A stretch of DNA of 64,000 nt from NCBI GenBank assembly GCA_963762145.1, contig CAVXJS010000011.1, forward strand, positions 704,001 to 768,000. Reading direction: 5' to 3'. The DNA comes from an uncultured Candidatus Rokubacteria bacterium (lineage in GTDB: Bacteria; Methylomirabilota; Methylomirabilia; Rokubacteriales; CSP1-6). The notes beneath the pieces are model-generated. The model did not search any database. It was not told the DNA's origin and worked only from the letters and a program-made list of their open reading frames with translations. Numbering within the stretch: position 1 is the first letter of the stretch; each line of letters starts with the position of its first letter. The translations under genes were made by a program, and so were the position numbers. Shown here piece by piece: positions 41,001 to 48,986 of the stretch.

Positions 41001-41018
41001 GGGAAGGCGGGGCACTAG
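38001..41018 (+). CDS. actB: Alternative complex III subunit B (molybdopterin-oxidoreductase-like domain fused to an Fe-S domain)
   Basis: Tat-lipoprotein signal DRRSFFK...AGGC; GRVIKLEGNPEHP; FGADFLETW; ACQSENNVP; YNRCVGTRYCGNNCPY; GVMEKCTMC. Confidence 0.88.
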   Translation: MSGMDRRSFFKIVATTGAAAAAGGCGQSAEQLIPYVIPPDNIVPGIPAYFSTVCRECPSGCGLIAKNRDGRVIKLEGNPEHPSNTGALCVLGHAGLQALYHPDRFRGPLSGGKPVAWADAEKQLADKLGALAKGKQGGRIAVVSGLETGSLARLMDEWVRLLGARTRIAYEPLGYESLRASNRIAFGRDAIPDYAIGEATYLVSFGADFLETWLNSEGYTVDFARMHAFFQGRQGTFVHVEPRMSLTAANADEWLRNAPGTEGALALAMLKVIVDEGLQAPGADLTTLRAAVRAADVEAAATASGVPAETIKHVARDLAKAKAGLVLGGGMAATSTASTEALVAVNLLNAAIGALGTRVRFGAASPFSRVSPYSDMVALTQAMAAGQIEVLVLVDVNPVYAMPPKSGFAEALAKVPLVVSLASRPNETTARAHLVLPTLHALESWGDYASEEGVLGLMQPTMGPVQIDGKAVDGKTAGDVFLGVGRQALGLEAGKGPLRWASFQDFIRDEWQKTAKEYGSTGSFADFWDAALRRGGVWRTGAAPAVSLRPEAGRIQGGAPKLEGGGSHVLMIYPSSRFYDGRGGDLPWLHEVPDGITQVAWDSWLEIPAETAKQMGIARGDLVKVTSPHGAIELPAYPTELVHAGAVAVAMGQGHKYTGAFAQRGNSATGTQSQVDFLNVGANPIELLPAAPDPSSGGLPLLAVKVSLAKTGGRRPLAIPQAQFDQDDREIAQWVQLGAARELELRGKPPEHADHPRMYPPVKYPEYRWGMTVDVDRCTGCQACVVACQSENNVPTVGKAQVAYGRIQHWLRVERWQEGTSAKPVNMFLPMFCQHCEIAPCEPVCPVYAAYHTREGLNGQVYNRCVGTRYCGNNCPYHVRKFNWFNYTWTAPLDVQLNPDVTVRQLGVMEKCTMCVQRIESAKGAAREAGRQVRDGDMQTACQQTCPTRAITFGNRKDGEAMVSKLSHSTRSYTVLHELGTLPGVNYLKKVVRAEPAGGHGKAGH

Positions 41019-41019
41019 C

Positions 41020-42384
41020 ATGAGCGCGCCTCCCGCGCAGAGCGCGCCCGCGCCCGCCCAGGCCACCTGGGCCGACGTCAACCGTGACGTCATCCGGACC
41101 ATCGGGATGCCGAGCGACAAGTACTTCGCCTGGCTGTGCCTGGTGGTCCTGGTCCTCTGCGCGGGCTTCGGCGCGTGGGCCTACCAGATCTGGGTCGGGA
41201 TCGGCGCGGCGGGCAAGCGCACCCCCCAGATGTGGGCGATGTACATCACCACCTTCGTGTTCTGGATCGGTATCGGTCACGCGGGGACCCTGATCTCCGC
41301 GGTCCTCTACCTGTTCCGGGCGAAGTGGCGGACCTCCATCTACCGCGGGGCGGAGGCGATGACCGTGTTCGCGGTCATGACCGCGGGCCTCTTCCCCCTG
41401 ATCCACGCCGGCCGCATGTGGTTCGCGTACTGGCTCATGCCGTACCCCAACCAGCGCTACCTCTGGCCCAACTTCAAGTCGCCGCTGGTGTGGGACGTGT
41501 TCGCGATCTCGACCTACCTGACCATCAGCGTGGTCTTCTTCATCGTGGGCCTGGTGCCGGACATCGCGGCCCTGCGCGACAACGCGACCGGCTACAAGCG
41601 GAAGATCTACGCGGTGCTCTCGCTCGGGTGGGAGGGCTCGGACCACCAGTGGCGCCACTACCGTCGGGGCTACGGGCTCCTCGCGGCCCTGGCCACTCCG
41701 CTGGTGCTCTCGGTGCACAGCGTGGTGTCCTTCGACTTCGCGATGGCCCTGGTACCCGGCTGGCACTCCACGCTGTTCCCCCCGTTCTTCGTGGACGGGG
41801 CCATCTTCTCCGGCTTCGCGATGGTGCTGGTGCTGATCCTGCCCATGCGCTACCTGTTCAACTGGTATCCCTACATCACCGACAAGCACCTGGACGCGAT
41901 GGCCAAGCTGACCCTCGTGACCAGCCTGGTGCTGACCTACTTCTACGTGTGCGAGGTCTTCACCGCGTGGTACTCGGGAGACCACTTCGAGCGGGCCAGC
42001 GTGTTCGCCAAGGCGAGTCAGCAGTACGCGTGGGCCTACTGGGGCATGTACTTCTGCAATTGCCTGGTGCCTCTCGTGCTGTTCATCCGCCGCGCCCGCA
42101 CCCACGTGGTGACCCTGTACGTGGTCTCGATCTTCGTGCTGATCGGCATGTGGCTCGAGCGCTTCAACATCATCGTGCCCGGCCTCGCCCACGACTTCTA
42201 TCCGTATACGTGGGGGACGTACTACCCGACGATCACCGACTCCGCGATCGTCATCGGCTCCTTCGCCTGGTTCTTCCTGCTCTTCCTGGGGTTCATCCGC
42301 GTGATGCCGTCGCTCTCCATCGTGGAGGTCAAGGAAGTGCTGCCGCACCCCCTGAAGCACGCCAGCCACGCGGGGCACCACTGA
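41020..42384 (+). CDS. actC: Alternative complex III subunit C (NrfD family, quinol-binding)
   Basis: FVFWIGIGHAGTLISA, AEAMTVFAV, NFKSPLVWD, ATPLVLSVHSVVSFDFA, GMWLERF. Confidence 0.92.
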   Translation: MSAPPAQSAPAPAQATWADVNRDVIRTIGMPSDKYFAWLCLVVLVLCAGFGAWAYQIWVGIGAAGKRTPQMWAMYITTFVFWIGIGHAGTLISAVLYLFRAKWRTSIYRGAEAMTVFAVMTAGLFPLIHAGRMWFAYWLMPYPNQRYLWPNFKSPLVWDVFAISTYLTISVVFFIVGLVPDIAALRDNATGYKRKIYAVLSLGWEGSDHQWRHYRRGYGLLAALATPLVLSVHSVVSFDFAMALVPGWHSTLFPPFFVDGAIFSGFAMVLVLILPMRYLFNWYPYITDKHLDAMAKLTLVTSLVLTYFYVCEVFTAWYSGDHFERASVFAKASQQYAWAYWGMYFCNCLVPLVLFIRRARTHVVTLYVVSIFVLIGMWLERFNIIVPGLAHDFYPYTWGTYYPTITDSAIVIGSFAWFFLLFLGFIRVMPSLSIVEVKEVLPHPLKHASHAGHH

Positions 42385-42385
42385 G

Positions 42386-42913
42386 ATGGCGACGACCGGC
42401 ATGACGACGGGCACCGCCAACGTGCTGGGCGTCTTCGCTCACGTGGACACCACGCTGCAGGCCATCCGCGATCTGCGGGCCAAGGGTTTCTCGAACCTCA
42501 CCGTCTACACGCCGGTGCCGGTCGAGGAGATCGAGCACGAGATCGACAAGGTGGAGCCGCTGTCGAAGGTGCGCCTCTTCACCGTGATCGGCGCCCTGAC
42601 CGGGACCGCGACCGGTTTCTTCCTCACGATCTGGACGTCGCTCAAGTGGGAGCTGGTGACCGGCGGCAAGGCGCCGGTGTCCATCCCGCCGTTCATCATC
42701 ATCGCCTTCGAGCTCACGATCCTGCTCGGCGGTCTCGCCACCGCGCTCGCGGTGCTGATCCTGGCCCAGCTCCCCAAGCTCAAGCCGTCGCCCACCTACG
42801 ATCCGCGCTTCACGGTGGATCGCTTCGGGGTCGCGGTCGCCTGTGCCCCCGACAAGGTCGACTCGGTGCAGTCGGTACTGTCGGCCGCGGGCGCCGAGGA
42901 GGTGCGGCGATGA
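42386..42913 (+). CDS. actD: Alternative complex III subunit D (DUF3341)
   Basis: YTPVPV, GGKAP, FELTILL, YDPRFTVDRF. Confidence 0.88.
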   Translation: MATTGMTTGTANVLGVFAHVDTTLQAIRDLRAKGFSNLTVYTPVPVEEIEHEIDKVEPLSKVRLFTVIGALTGTATGFFLTIWTSLKWELVTGGKAPVSIPPFIIIAFELTILLGGLATALAVLILAQLPKLKPSPTYDPRFTVDRFGVAVACAPDKVDSVQSVLSAAGAEEVRR

Positions 42914-43416
42914 TGAAGTACGTCTTCCTCCTCACGCTCCTGATGTTCGGGGCGGTGGGCGCTGCGCTCGGCGGGGCGGCCGGCTTCCGGTGGATGAACA
43001 ACATGACCGCAACCCAGCGAGTGATGCCGGGGGAGTACAACTTCTCGATGCCCCCGGGTAGCCTGCCGCGGAGCGGGGGAGAGCTCTATCACTCGCCCGC
43101 GGAGCGGGACGCGGCGGCGACGCGTCGCAACCCGGTCGCGGCCTCGGCGGATTCGCTGCGGAAGGGTGGGGAGCTGTACACGATCTACTGCACGCCCTGC
43201 CACGGGGCGTCCGGCCGGGGCGACGGCCCGGTCTCGACCAAGTTCGTGCCTCCGGCCGACCTGACCAACCCCGAGCTACACAAGGTGCGCACCGACGGCT
43301 ACTGGCAGAGCTATCTCTCGGCGGGCGGCGCGGTGATGCCGTCCTACGCGGAGGCGCTCTCCTCCGAAGAGCGGTGGCACGTGGTCAACTTCCTCCGGAC
43401 CCTGGCCAAGAAATGA
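42910..43416 (+). CDS. actE: Alternative complex III monoheme cytochrome c subunit E
   Basis: Single CTPCHG heme motif, distal MPSY, N-terminal TM segment. Confidence 0.85.
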   Translation: MMKYVFLLTLLMFGAVGAALGGAAGFRWMNNMTATQRVMPGEYNFSMPPGSLPRSGGELYHSPAERDAAATRRNPVAASADSLRKGGELYTIYCTPCHGASGRGDGPVSTKFVPPADLTNPELHKVRTDGYWQSYLSAGGAVMPSYAEALSSEERWHVVNFLRTLAKK

Positions 43417-44558
43417 CCGCGATGAGCGCCTCTCCGGCGGTGCCCTCCCGGACCGCGCACCCGCTCCTGGTGCTGCTGGCCATCCTCGGGATCGTGGCGT
43501 TCCTCTACGGCGTCCTGCAGGGCTCGGCCCCGCGGGTGTGGGGCATCTACCTCGTGAACCTGCTGTTCTGGTCGAGCCTCGCCATCACCGGGCCCGCGCT
43601 CGCCGCGATGATCCAGGTGACGGAGGGCCGGTGGTCGCCGAGCGTCAAGCGGATCGCGCTCACCACCGCGGGCTTCCTGCCCGTCTCCTTCGTGCTCTTC
43701 CTCGTGCTCTTCCTGGGCCGCGCCACGCTCTATCCCTGGGTGAACGAGCCCATCGCGATCAAGGCCGCGTGGCTCAACGTGCCGTTCATGGCGCTGCGTA
43801 CCGGGCTCGGGGTGCTGCTGCTGTACTGGGTCGCGATGCGGCTCGTGAAGGCGGTGCTGGTCGAGGATCAGCCGGGCGAGGACGCCCCCGCGGCGGTGAA
43901 CCGGCGCAACCGGCTCGCGGGCTGGCTGCTCTTCCTCTACGTGGTGGTGCTCTCGCTCTGGGGCTTCGACCTGCTGATGTCGCTCGACCCCCGCTGGTAC
44001 AGCGGCCTCTTCGGCGGCTACTACGTGGTCACCTCGATGTACACCGGGTTCGGGCTCGTCACCTACCTCACGATCCGCTCCAACGAGCGCGGCCTGAGCC
44101 GAGTAGCCCCGCCCGCGATCCAGGACGTCGCCAAGCTGACCTTCGCGCTCTGCGTGTTCTGGATGTACTTCTTCTTTTCGCAGTACCTGGTGATCTGGTT
44201 CGGCCACGTGCCCGCCGAAACCCGCTACGTGATCCGTCGCTTCTTCGTCCAGCCGTGGGGCACCATCGCGTGGGCCATCTTCATCGTCGGCTGGCTGATT
44301 CCGTTCTCGTACTTCCTCAAGCGGCTCACCGGGCGCCCCCCGGATCGGCACCGGGTGTTCAAGGTCGTCCTGTTCCTCGGCTGGATCGGCATCTTCTTCG
44401 AGCGGATGCTGCTCGTGTTCCCCTCGGTACTCCGCGACAACACGGTGCCGCTCGGTCCGGTCGAGATCCTGGTCACGCTCGGCTTCTTCTCGCTCTTCGT
44501 GCTGAGCCGCAACTGGTTCCTCGCCCACTACAAGCCGGTCCTCAGCCTGCCCAAGTAG
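43413..44558 (+). CDS. actF: Alternative complex III subunit F
   Basis: WLNVPF, FDLLMSLDPRWYS, SQYLVIWFGHVPAET. Confidence 0.85.
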   Translation: MTAMSASPAVPSRTAHPLLVLLAILGIVAFLYGVLQGSAPRVWGIYLVNLLFWSSLAITGPALAAMIQVTEGRWSPSVKRIALTTAGFLPVSFVLFLVLFLGRATLYPWVNEPIAIKAAWLNVPFMALRTGLGVLLLYWVAMRLVKAVLVEDQPGEDAPAAVNRRNRLAGWLLFLYVVVLSLWGFDLLMSLDPRWYSGLFGGYYVVTSMYTGFGLVTYLTIRSNERGLSRVAPPAIQDVAKLTFALCVFWMYFFFSQYLVIWFGHVPAETRYVIRRFFVQPWGTIAWAIFIVGWLIPFSYFLKRLTGRPPDRHRVFKVVLFLGWIGIFFERMLLVFPSVLRDNTVPLGPVEILVTLGFFSLFVLSRNWFLAHYKPVLSLPK

Positions 44559-44597
44559 CCGCGTGGTCGGTCACGCCCCCGCGGTAAGATGTCGGGC

Positions 44598-45824
44598 GTG
44601 ATCTCCGTCGAGGAAGCGCTCGAGCGTATCCTGTCGCGCGTGTCCGTGCTGAGCGACGAGCGGCTCCCGCTCACCGAGGGCCTCCACCGTGTGCTCGCGG
44701 AGGACGTGGACAGCCCGCGCGACATGCCGCCGTGGCCGGCCTCCTCGATGGACGGCTATGCCATCCGCAGCGTCGACACGGCCACTGCGGCGGCCGGGGC
44801 CCCCGCGCGGCTCGCCCTGGCGGGTCGGGTGCCCGCCGGCGCGATGGCGGACCGGCCGCTGCGGGCGGGCGAGGCCTTCCGGATCTTCACCGGCGCGCCG
44901 CTGCCCGAGGGTGCGGACGCGGTCATTCCCCAGGAGGACGTGACGGAGGAGGCGGGCGCCCTGGTCGTCCCACGGCGGGTCGGGGACGGCGACTTCGTGC
45001 GGCCCCGCGGCGAGGATCTGAAGCGGGGAGACCGCGTGCTCGAGCGCGGGCGGGTGCTGAGCGCGGCCGACATCGGCATGCTCGCCACGGTGGGCAAGAG
45101 CCCGGTGAGCGTGATCCGGCGGCCCCGCGTCGGCATTCTCTCCACCGGCGACGAGCTGGTGGACCTGGGAGGCCGGATCGGGCCCGGGCAGATCCCGAAC
45201 TCGAACAGCTACTCCCTCATCGCCCAGGTCATCGAGGCCGGCGCCGAGCCGGTCGGCCTCGGGATCGCGCGCGACCGGCTCGAGGACATCGAGGCGCGTC
45301 TGCGCTGGGGGCTCGGGTGTGATCTCGTGATGTCCTCCGCGGGCGTCTCGGTGGGCGAGCACGACTTCGTCAAGGCCGCGCTGGCGCGGCTCGGGGCGGA
45401 GCAGCACCTCTGGCTCGTGGACATGCGCCCCGGCAAGCCGATCGCCTTCTCGACGATCCCGCAAGAGGGCAAGAGCGCTCTCGCCCTCTTCGCGCTGCCC
45501 GGCAATCCGGTCTCCGCCATGGTCACCTTCGAGCTCTTCGTGCGGCCCGCGATCCTCCGTATGGCCGGCCACACCCGCCTCCACCGCCCCACGATCAAGG
45601 CCCGCGCCTTGGCCCCGATCAAGAACGGCGACACGCGCCGCGGCTACCTCCGGGTGACCCTGACGCCCGAAGGCGAAACCTACGGCGCCCGCCTCACGGG
45701 CACGCAGAGCTCGGGCGTCCTCCGCTCGATGGTCACCGCCGACGGCCTCGCCGTCGTCCCCGGCGAAACCACGATCCAACCTGGCGAACAAGTAAAGGTG
45801 ATCGTCCTCCGCCCCGGTCTCTGA
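44598..45824 (+). CDS. moeA: Molybdopterin molybdotransferase
   Basis: SSMDGYA, IFTGAPLPEGADAV, STGDEL, SAGVSVG, PGKP, LPGNPVS; the GTG start gives MISVEEA (ATG 44589 is an alternative). Confidence 0.95.
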   Translation: MISVEEALERILSRVSVLSDERLPLTEGLHRVLAEDVDSPRDMPPWPASSMDGYAIRSVDTATAAAGAPARLALAGRVPAGAMADRPLRAGEAFRIFTGAPLPEGADAVIPQEDVTEEAGALVVPRRVGDGDFVRPRGEDLKRGDRVLERGRVLSAADIGMLATVGKSPVSVIRRPRVGILSTGDELVDLGGRIGPGQIPNSNSYSLIAQVIEAGAEPVGLGIARDRLEDIEARLRWGLGCDLVMSSAGVSVGEHDFVKAALARLGAEQHLWLVDMRPGKPIAFSTIPQEGKSALALFALPGNPVSAMVTFELFVRPAILRMAGHTRLHRPTIKARALAPIKNGDTRRGYLRVTLTPEGETYGARLTGTQSSGVLRSMVTADGLAVVPGETTIQPGEQVKVIVLRPGL

Positions 45825-45849
45825 AGATCAGGAGTCGCAACAAGAGAAA

Positions 45850-46028
45850 GCGAGACCGGGCGGGCAGTGGCGCGGGGGGCGGGGGTGGGGCGGGTGACCC
45901 GTTCCCCGCCAAGGGAAGCCAGGAACCTCCTCATCCCAGATTGGGAACTGCTCGGGCAACGAAACCACAAAGCCGGTCGTGGTCAGAGCCCCACCCCCGC
46001 CCCCCGCGCCGCTGCCCGCCCGCCTCGC
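45850..46028. repeat. G-rich long inverted repeat between convergent moeA and yeeE
   Basis: CGGGCGGGCAGTGGCGCGGGGGGCGGGGGTGGGGC (45857-45891) is a near-perfect reverse complement of 45988-46022. Confidence 0.85.
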
Positions 46029-46037
46029 GCGCGCTCA

Positions 46038-47036
46038 CTAGGACTTGCGGAGAAACAGGAACCAGAGCGTCGCGCAGGCCCCGGCGCACATCGACGCGAA
46101 CGTCAGGAGGCTGCCGAGCGCAAGCGTTGCCGAGTTCGTCAGCCCTTGGTTGATGTTGCAGCCTTCGGCGACGAGAGCCGCCGCGCCCATCAGCAGGCCG
46201 CCGAGGAAGATCTTCGGCAGGCTCGAGGGCGCGGGAAACTTCAAGGCGAACTGAGCGGTGCTCCACGCCGCGACGAAGGCGCCGAGCGGCACACCGAGGG
46301 CCATCAGCATGCTCCACGTGACGCGGTTGGGATAGCCGATCATCGGATAGGTGAGCAGATGGCCGGTATTGGCCGCGAAGGTGATGCCGACCGGCCGGTC
46401 GCCGAAGGTCGAGGTCCACCAGGCCGCCGCGATCACCACGCCGACCGCGGCGCCGCTCGCCGGCCAGGGCCACTTGCCGTGCTCGGGCTCACGCCGGCCG
46501 CGCATCAGCCAGACGCCGACCGCGACCGCGAGCACGGCGATCACGATCCACGGAGAGAGCCCCGCGACATTGGCCAGCGTCGGAGCGGCGCCGTCGCCGA
46601 TCGTGATCGCGGGCTTCTGCAGCGCGGTGCGGACCGGCGCCAGGAGTCCGACGCCGGCGGTGGTGGCGCCGATGGCGAAGCCCACCAGCACCACCCCGGC
46701 GCCGACGGCACCTTCTCCCACCCGGTACCAGGTGCTGCCCGAGCACCCGCCCGAGAGGATCATGCCAACACCGAAGAGCAGCCCGCCCACGATGTTGGAC
46801 ATCCAGCGCAGGGGGCGAAGGGGAATATCCACCAGCCCGAGCGCGTCGATCGCCTGCACGCCGACCATCGCGACCAGCAGGGCGAGGAGGTAGGCGCGCA
46901 GGATGTTGCCGTCCCGCATGAGGACGGCATTCGAGAGAGCGCGGGTGAGACAGAAGCCGCCGCGCTGGATGATGTACCCGAAGACGGAGCCGGTGGCGAG
47001 AGCGGAGACCGCGAGCATCCAGGGCAACTCGTCCAT
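46038..47036 (-). CDS. YeeE/YedE family sulfur-compound transporter
   Basis: QRGGFC, GGLLFGVGMILSGGC, GGLLMG...EGCN repeated motifs with conserved Cys. Confidence 0.9.
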   Translation of the reverse strand: MDELPWMLAVSALATGSVFGYIIQRGGFCLTRALSNAVLMRDGNILRAYLLALLVAMVGVQAIDALGLVDIPLRPLRWMSNIVGGLLFGVGMILSGGCSGSTWYRVGEGAVGAGVVLVGFAIGATTAGVGLLAPVRTALQKPAITIGDGAAPTLANVAGLSPWIVIAVLAVAVGVWLMRGRREPEHGKWPWPASGAAVGVVIAAAWWTSTFGDRPVGITFAANTGHLLTYPMIGYPNRVTWSMLMALGVPLGAFVAAWSTAQFALKFPAPSSLPKIFLGGLLMGAAALVAEGCNINQGLTNSATLALGSLLTFASMCAGACATLWFLFLRKS

Positions 47037-47044
47037 GGCCCGCC

Positions 47045-47073
47045 ATGCTAGCGAAAAGCCCAATGTCAGTCAA
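47045..47073 (-). promoter_or_regulatory. Sigma70 promoter for yeeE (probably near-leaderless)
   Basis: Minus strand TTGACT-17-TAGCAT, ending 8 nt before the ATG. Confidence 0.55.
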
Positions 47074-47123
47074 AGTCTCGTGAAAATTAGCTTTTCGATC
47101 GTACAGGTGCTACGGTCAAGGCC

Positions 47124-47933
47124 ATGGTGACCGGCCTTCGTGAGCAAGTCGTGTGCACGGTGCCCCTGCTGGGCCTCGCCCTGCTCGCGGCCGCCGGGTG
47201 CGGCAGCGCCGAGAAGGCGCGACGCGAGGCGGAGATGGCCGCGCTGGTCAAGCAGGTCGAGGAGCTCCGGAAGGGACAGGAGCAGGTCGGCAAGGACGTG
47301 GGCAAGCTGGCGGGCGAGGTGAAGGCGCTCGACGCGCAGGCCGCGTTCCTGGTCGCCGAGACCAAGACCGCGGCCACCGATCGCGAGCAGCTCAAGGGAG
47401 CCATCCAGGAGCAGGACGCCGCGGTTCGCGCGCTCCGCTCCGCGCTCGACGAGACGAATCAGAAGGTCGCGACGCTCAGCGTGCCGACTCCGGCCCCGGT
47501 GCCGGCGCCGAAGCCGTCCGCGTCGACGCCCGGACGCGACGTGACGGCCGAGAAGCTCTACGCGGCCGCGATGGCCAGCTTCCGCGCCGACGAACACGGC
47601 CAGGCGGTACTGGAGTTCACCGATCTCATCGACAAGTTTCCGAAGCACACCCTGGCCTCGAACGCGCAGTACTGGATCGGCGAGGCGTACTATCGCCAGC
47701 GTGATTTCAACCAGGCGGTGACCGAGTTCCAGAAGGTATCCGATCTCTACCCGCAGAGTGCGCAGGTGCCGGAGTCGCTTCTCAAGCTCGGCATGTGCTA
47801 CCGCGCCCTGCACGACCTGCCGCGCGCCCGCGAGACGTGGGAACAGGTGGTGAAGTCGCATCCGCGGACCGAGGCCGCGACCCAGGCGCGCGCGCTCCTC
47901 GCCTCTCTCGGCGGCGGCCGCCCGCCGCGGTGA
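47124..47933 (+). CDS. cpoB: Tol-Pal associated protein YbgF/CpoB-like (coiled coil plus TPR), lipoprotein
   Basis: Lipobox AAGC, coiled coil, NAQYWIGEAYY and ESLLKLG TPR motifs. Confidence 0.8.
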   Translation: MVTGLREQVVCTVPLLGLALLAAAGCGSAEKARREAEMAALVKQVEELRKGQEQVGKDVGKLAGEVKALDAQAAFLVAETKTAATDREQLKGAIQEQDAAVRALRSALDETNQKVATLSVPTPAPVPAPKPSASTPGRDVTAEKLYAAAMASFRADEHGQAVLEFTDLIDKFPKHTLASNAQYWIGEAYYRQRDFNQAVTEFQKVSDLYPQSAQVPESLLKLGMCYRALHDLPRARETWEQVVKSHPRTEAATQARALLASLGGGRPPR

Positions 47934-48030
47934 TCGCCCCCGCCCGGTTTTGCCGCAATTTGACGCTCCGGTATACTGAACCGCACCGATCGACGTCCAG
48001 ATCGTGATCGGCGAGGGAGTGACCCAGGTG

Positions 48031-48975
48031 ATGCATGAGCGTATCCACGAGGACACGGGATCGATGCCGCGCGCGCTCGGCCGCGCGGACGCCCGGTTTC
48101 CGTCGCGGCTCGCGGAGGTCCCCGGCGCGCCGGCCACGCTCCACGTGCGCGGCGCGCTCGTGGGCGCGGACGCGCTCGCGGTCGCGATCGTGGGCTCGCG
48201 GCGGGCGACGCCCTACGGCCTCGAGGTCGCGGAAACGCTCGCGGCGGATCTCGCCGCGCGCGGGGTCACCATCGTGAGCGGGCTCGCGCGCGGCATCGAC
48301 AGCGCGGCCCATCGCGGCGCGCTGCGCGTGGGCGGCCGCACCCTCGCGGTGCTCGGCTCCGGCGTGGACGTGATCTACCCGCCGGAGAATCGGCGGCTCG
48401 CGGCCGAGATCGCGGAGCGCGGGGCGCTCATCTCCCAGTTCGCGCCGGGGACGCCGCCCCTCCCGCAGAACTTCCCGACCCGCAACGAGGTGATCGCGGG
48501 GCTGTCCCTCGCGGTGGTCGTCGTCGAGGCGGCCGAGAAGAGCGGCTCGCTCATCACCGCGCGCCTCGCCGCGGAGCTGGGCCGCGAAGTGCTCGCGGTG
48601 CCCGGGCGCATCACCGCGCCGGAGAGTCGGGGCGCCAACCGGCTGATCCAGGACGGGGCGCACGTGGCGATGGGCTGGGAGGATGTCGTCGCGGTCCTGC
48701 CCGAGCGCTGGAAGTCGTGTGTCCTTGCGGAACGGGCACTCGCCGGTCACGCTGCAGCGGAAGGCGACGACGGCGCATCTAAGAGGTCGGGCGCGGGCGC
48801 GGCCTCGAGCCAGCTGCTCGCCCTGCTGGGGGAGGACCCGATCGATATCGACCACGTGATCGAGCGAAGCGGCCTCGCGGCCGGGCGCGTCTCGGCCGCG
48901 TTGCTGGAGCTGGAGCTGGAGGGGCGGGTGCGGCAGATCGAGGGCAAACGGTTCGTCCGGGTCGGACGGGGATAG
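48031..48975 (+). CDS. dprA: DNA-processing protein DprA
   Basis: AIVGSRRAT, VSGLARGID, NFPTRN, SGSLITA, C-terminal wHTH; start uncertain. Confidence 0.93.
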   Translation: MHERIHEDTGSMPRALGRADARFPSRLAEVPGAPATLHVRGALVGADALAVAIVGSRRATPYGLEVAETLAADLAARGVTIVSGLARGIDSAAHRGALRVGGRTLAVLGSGVDVIYPPENRRLAAEIAERGALISQFAPGTPPLPQNFPTRNEVIAGLSLAVVVVEAAEKSGSLITARLAAELGREVLAVPGRITAPESRGANRLIQDGAHVAMGWEDVVAVLPERWKSCVLAERALAGHAAAEGDDGASKRSGAGAASSQLLALLGEDPIDIDHVIERSGLAAGRVSAALLELELEGRVRQIEGKRFVRVGRG

Positions 48976-48986
48976 GAGACCAGCGG

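Noticed and set aside
38001-45824. ActB as an active molybdoenzyme because moeA follows the operon
   Set aside because: No clear Cys/Sec/Ser/Asp Mo-ligand motif was recognised (region RIAYEPLGYE), moeA seems to have its own promoter, and the FDH already explains it. Not fully excluded without modelling.
47052-47097. 8-bp inverted repeat CGAAAAGC/GCTTTTCG in the yeeE-cpoB spacer
   Set aside because: The arms are short, the spacer is 30 nt and no candidate regulator is nearby, so it may be chance.
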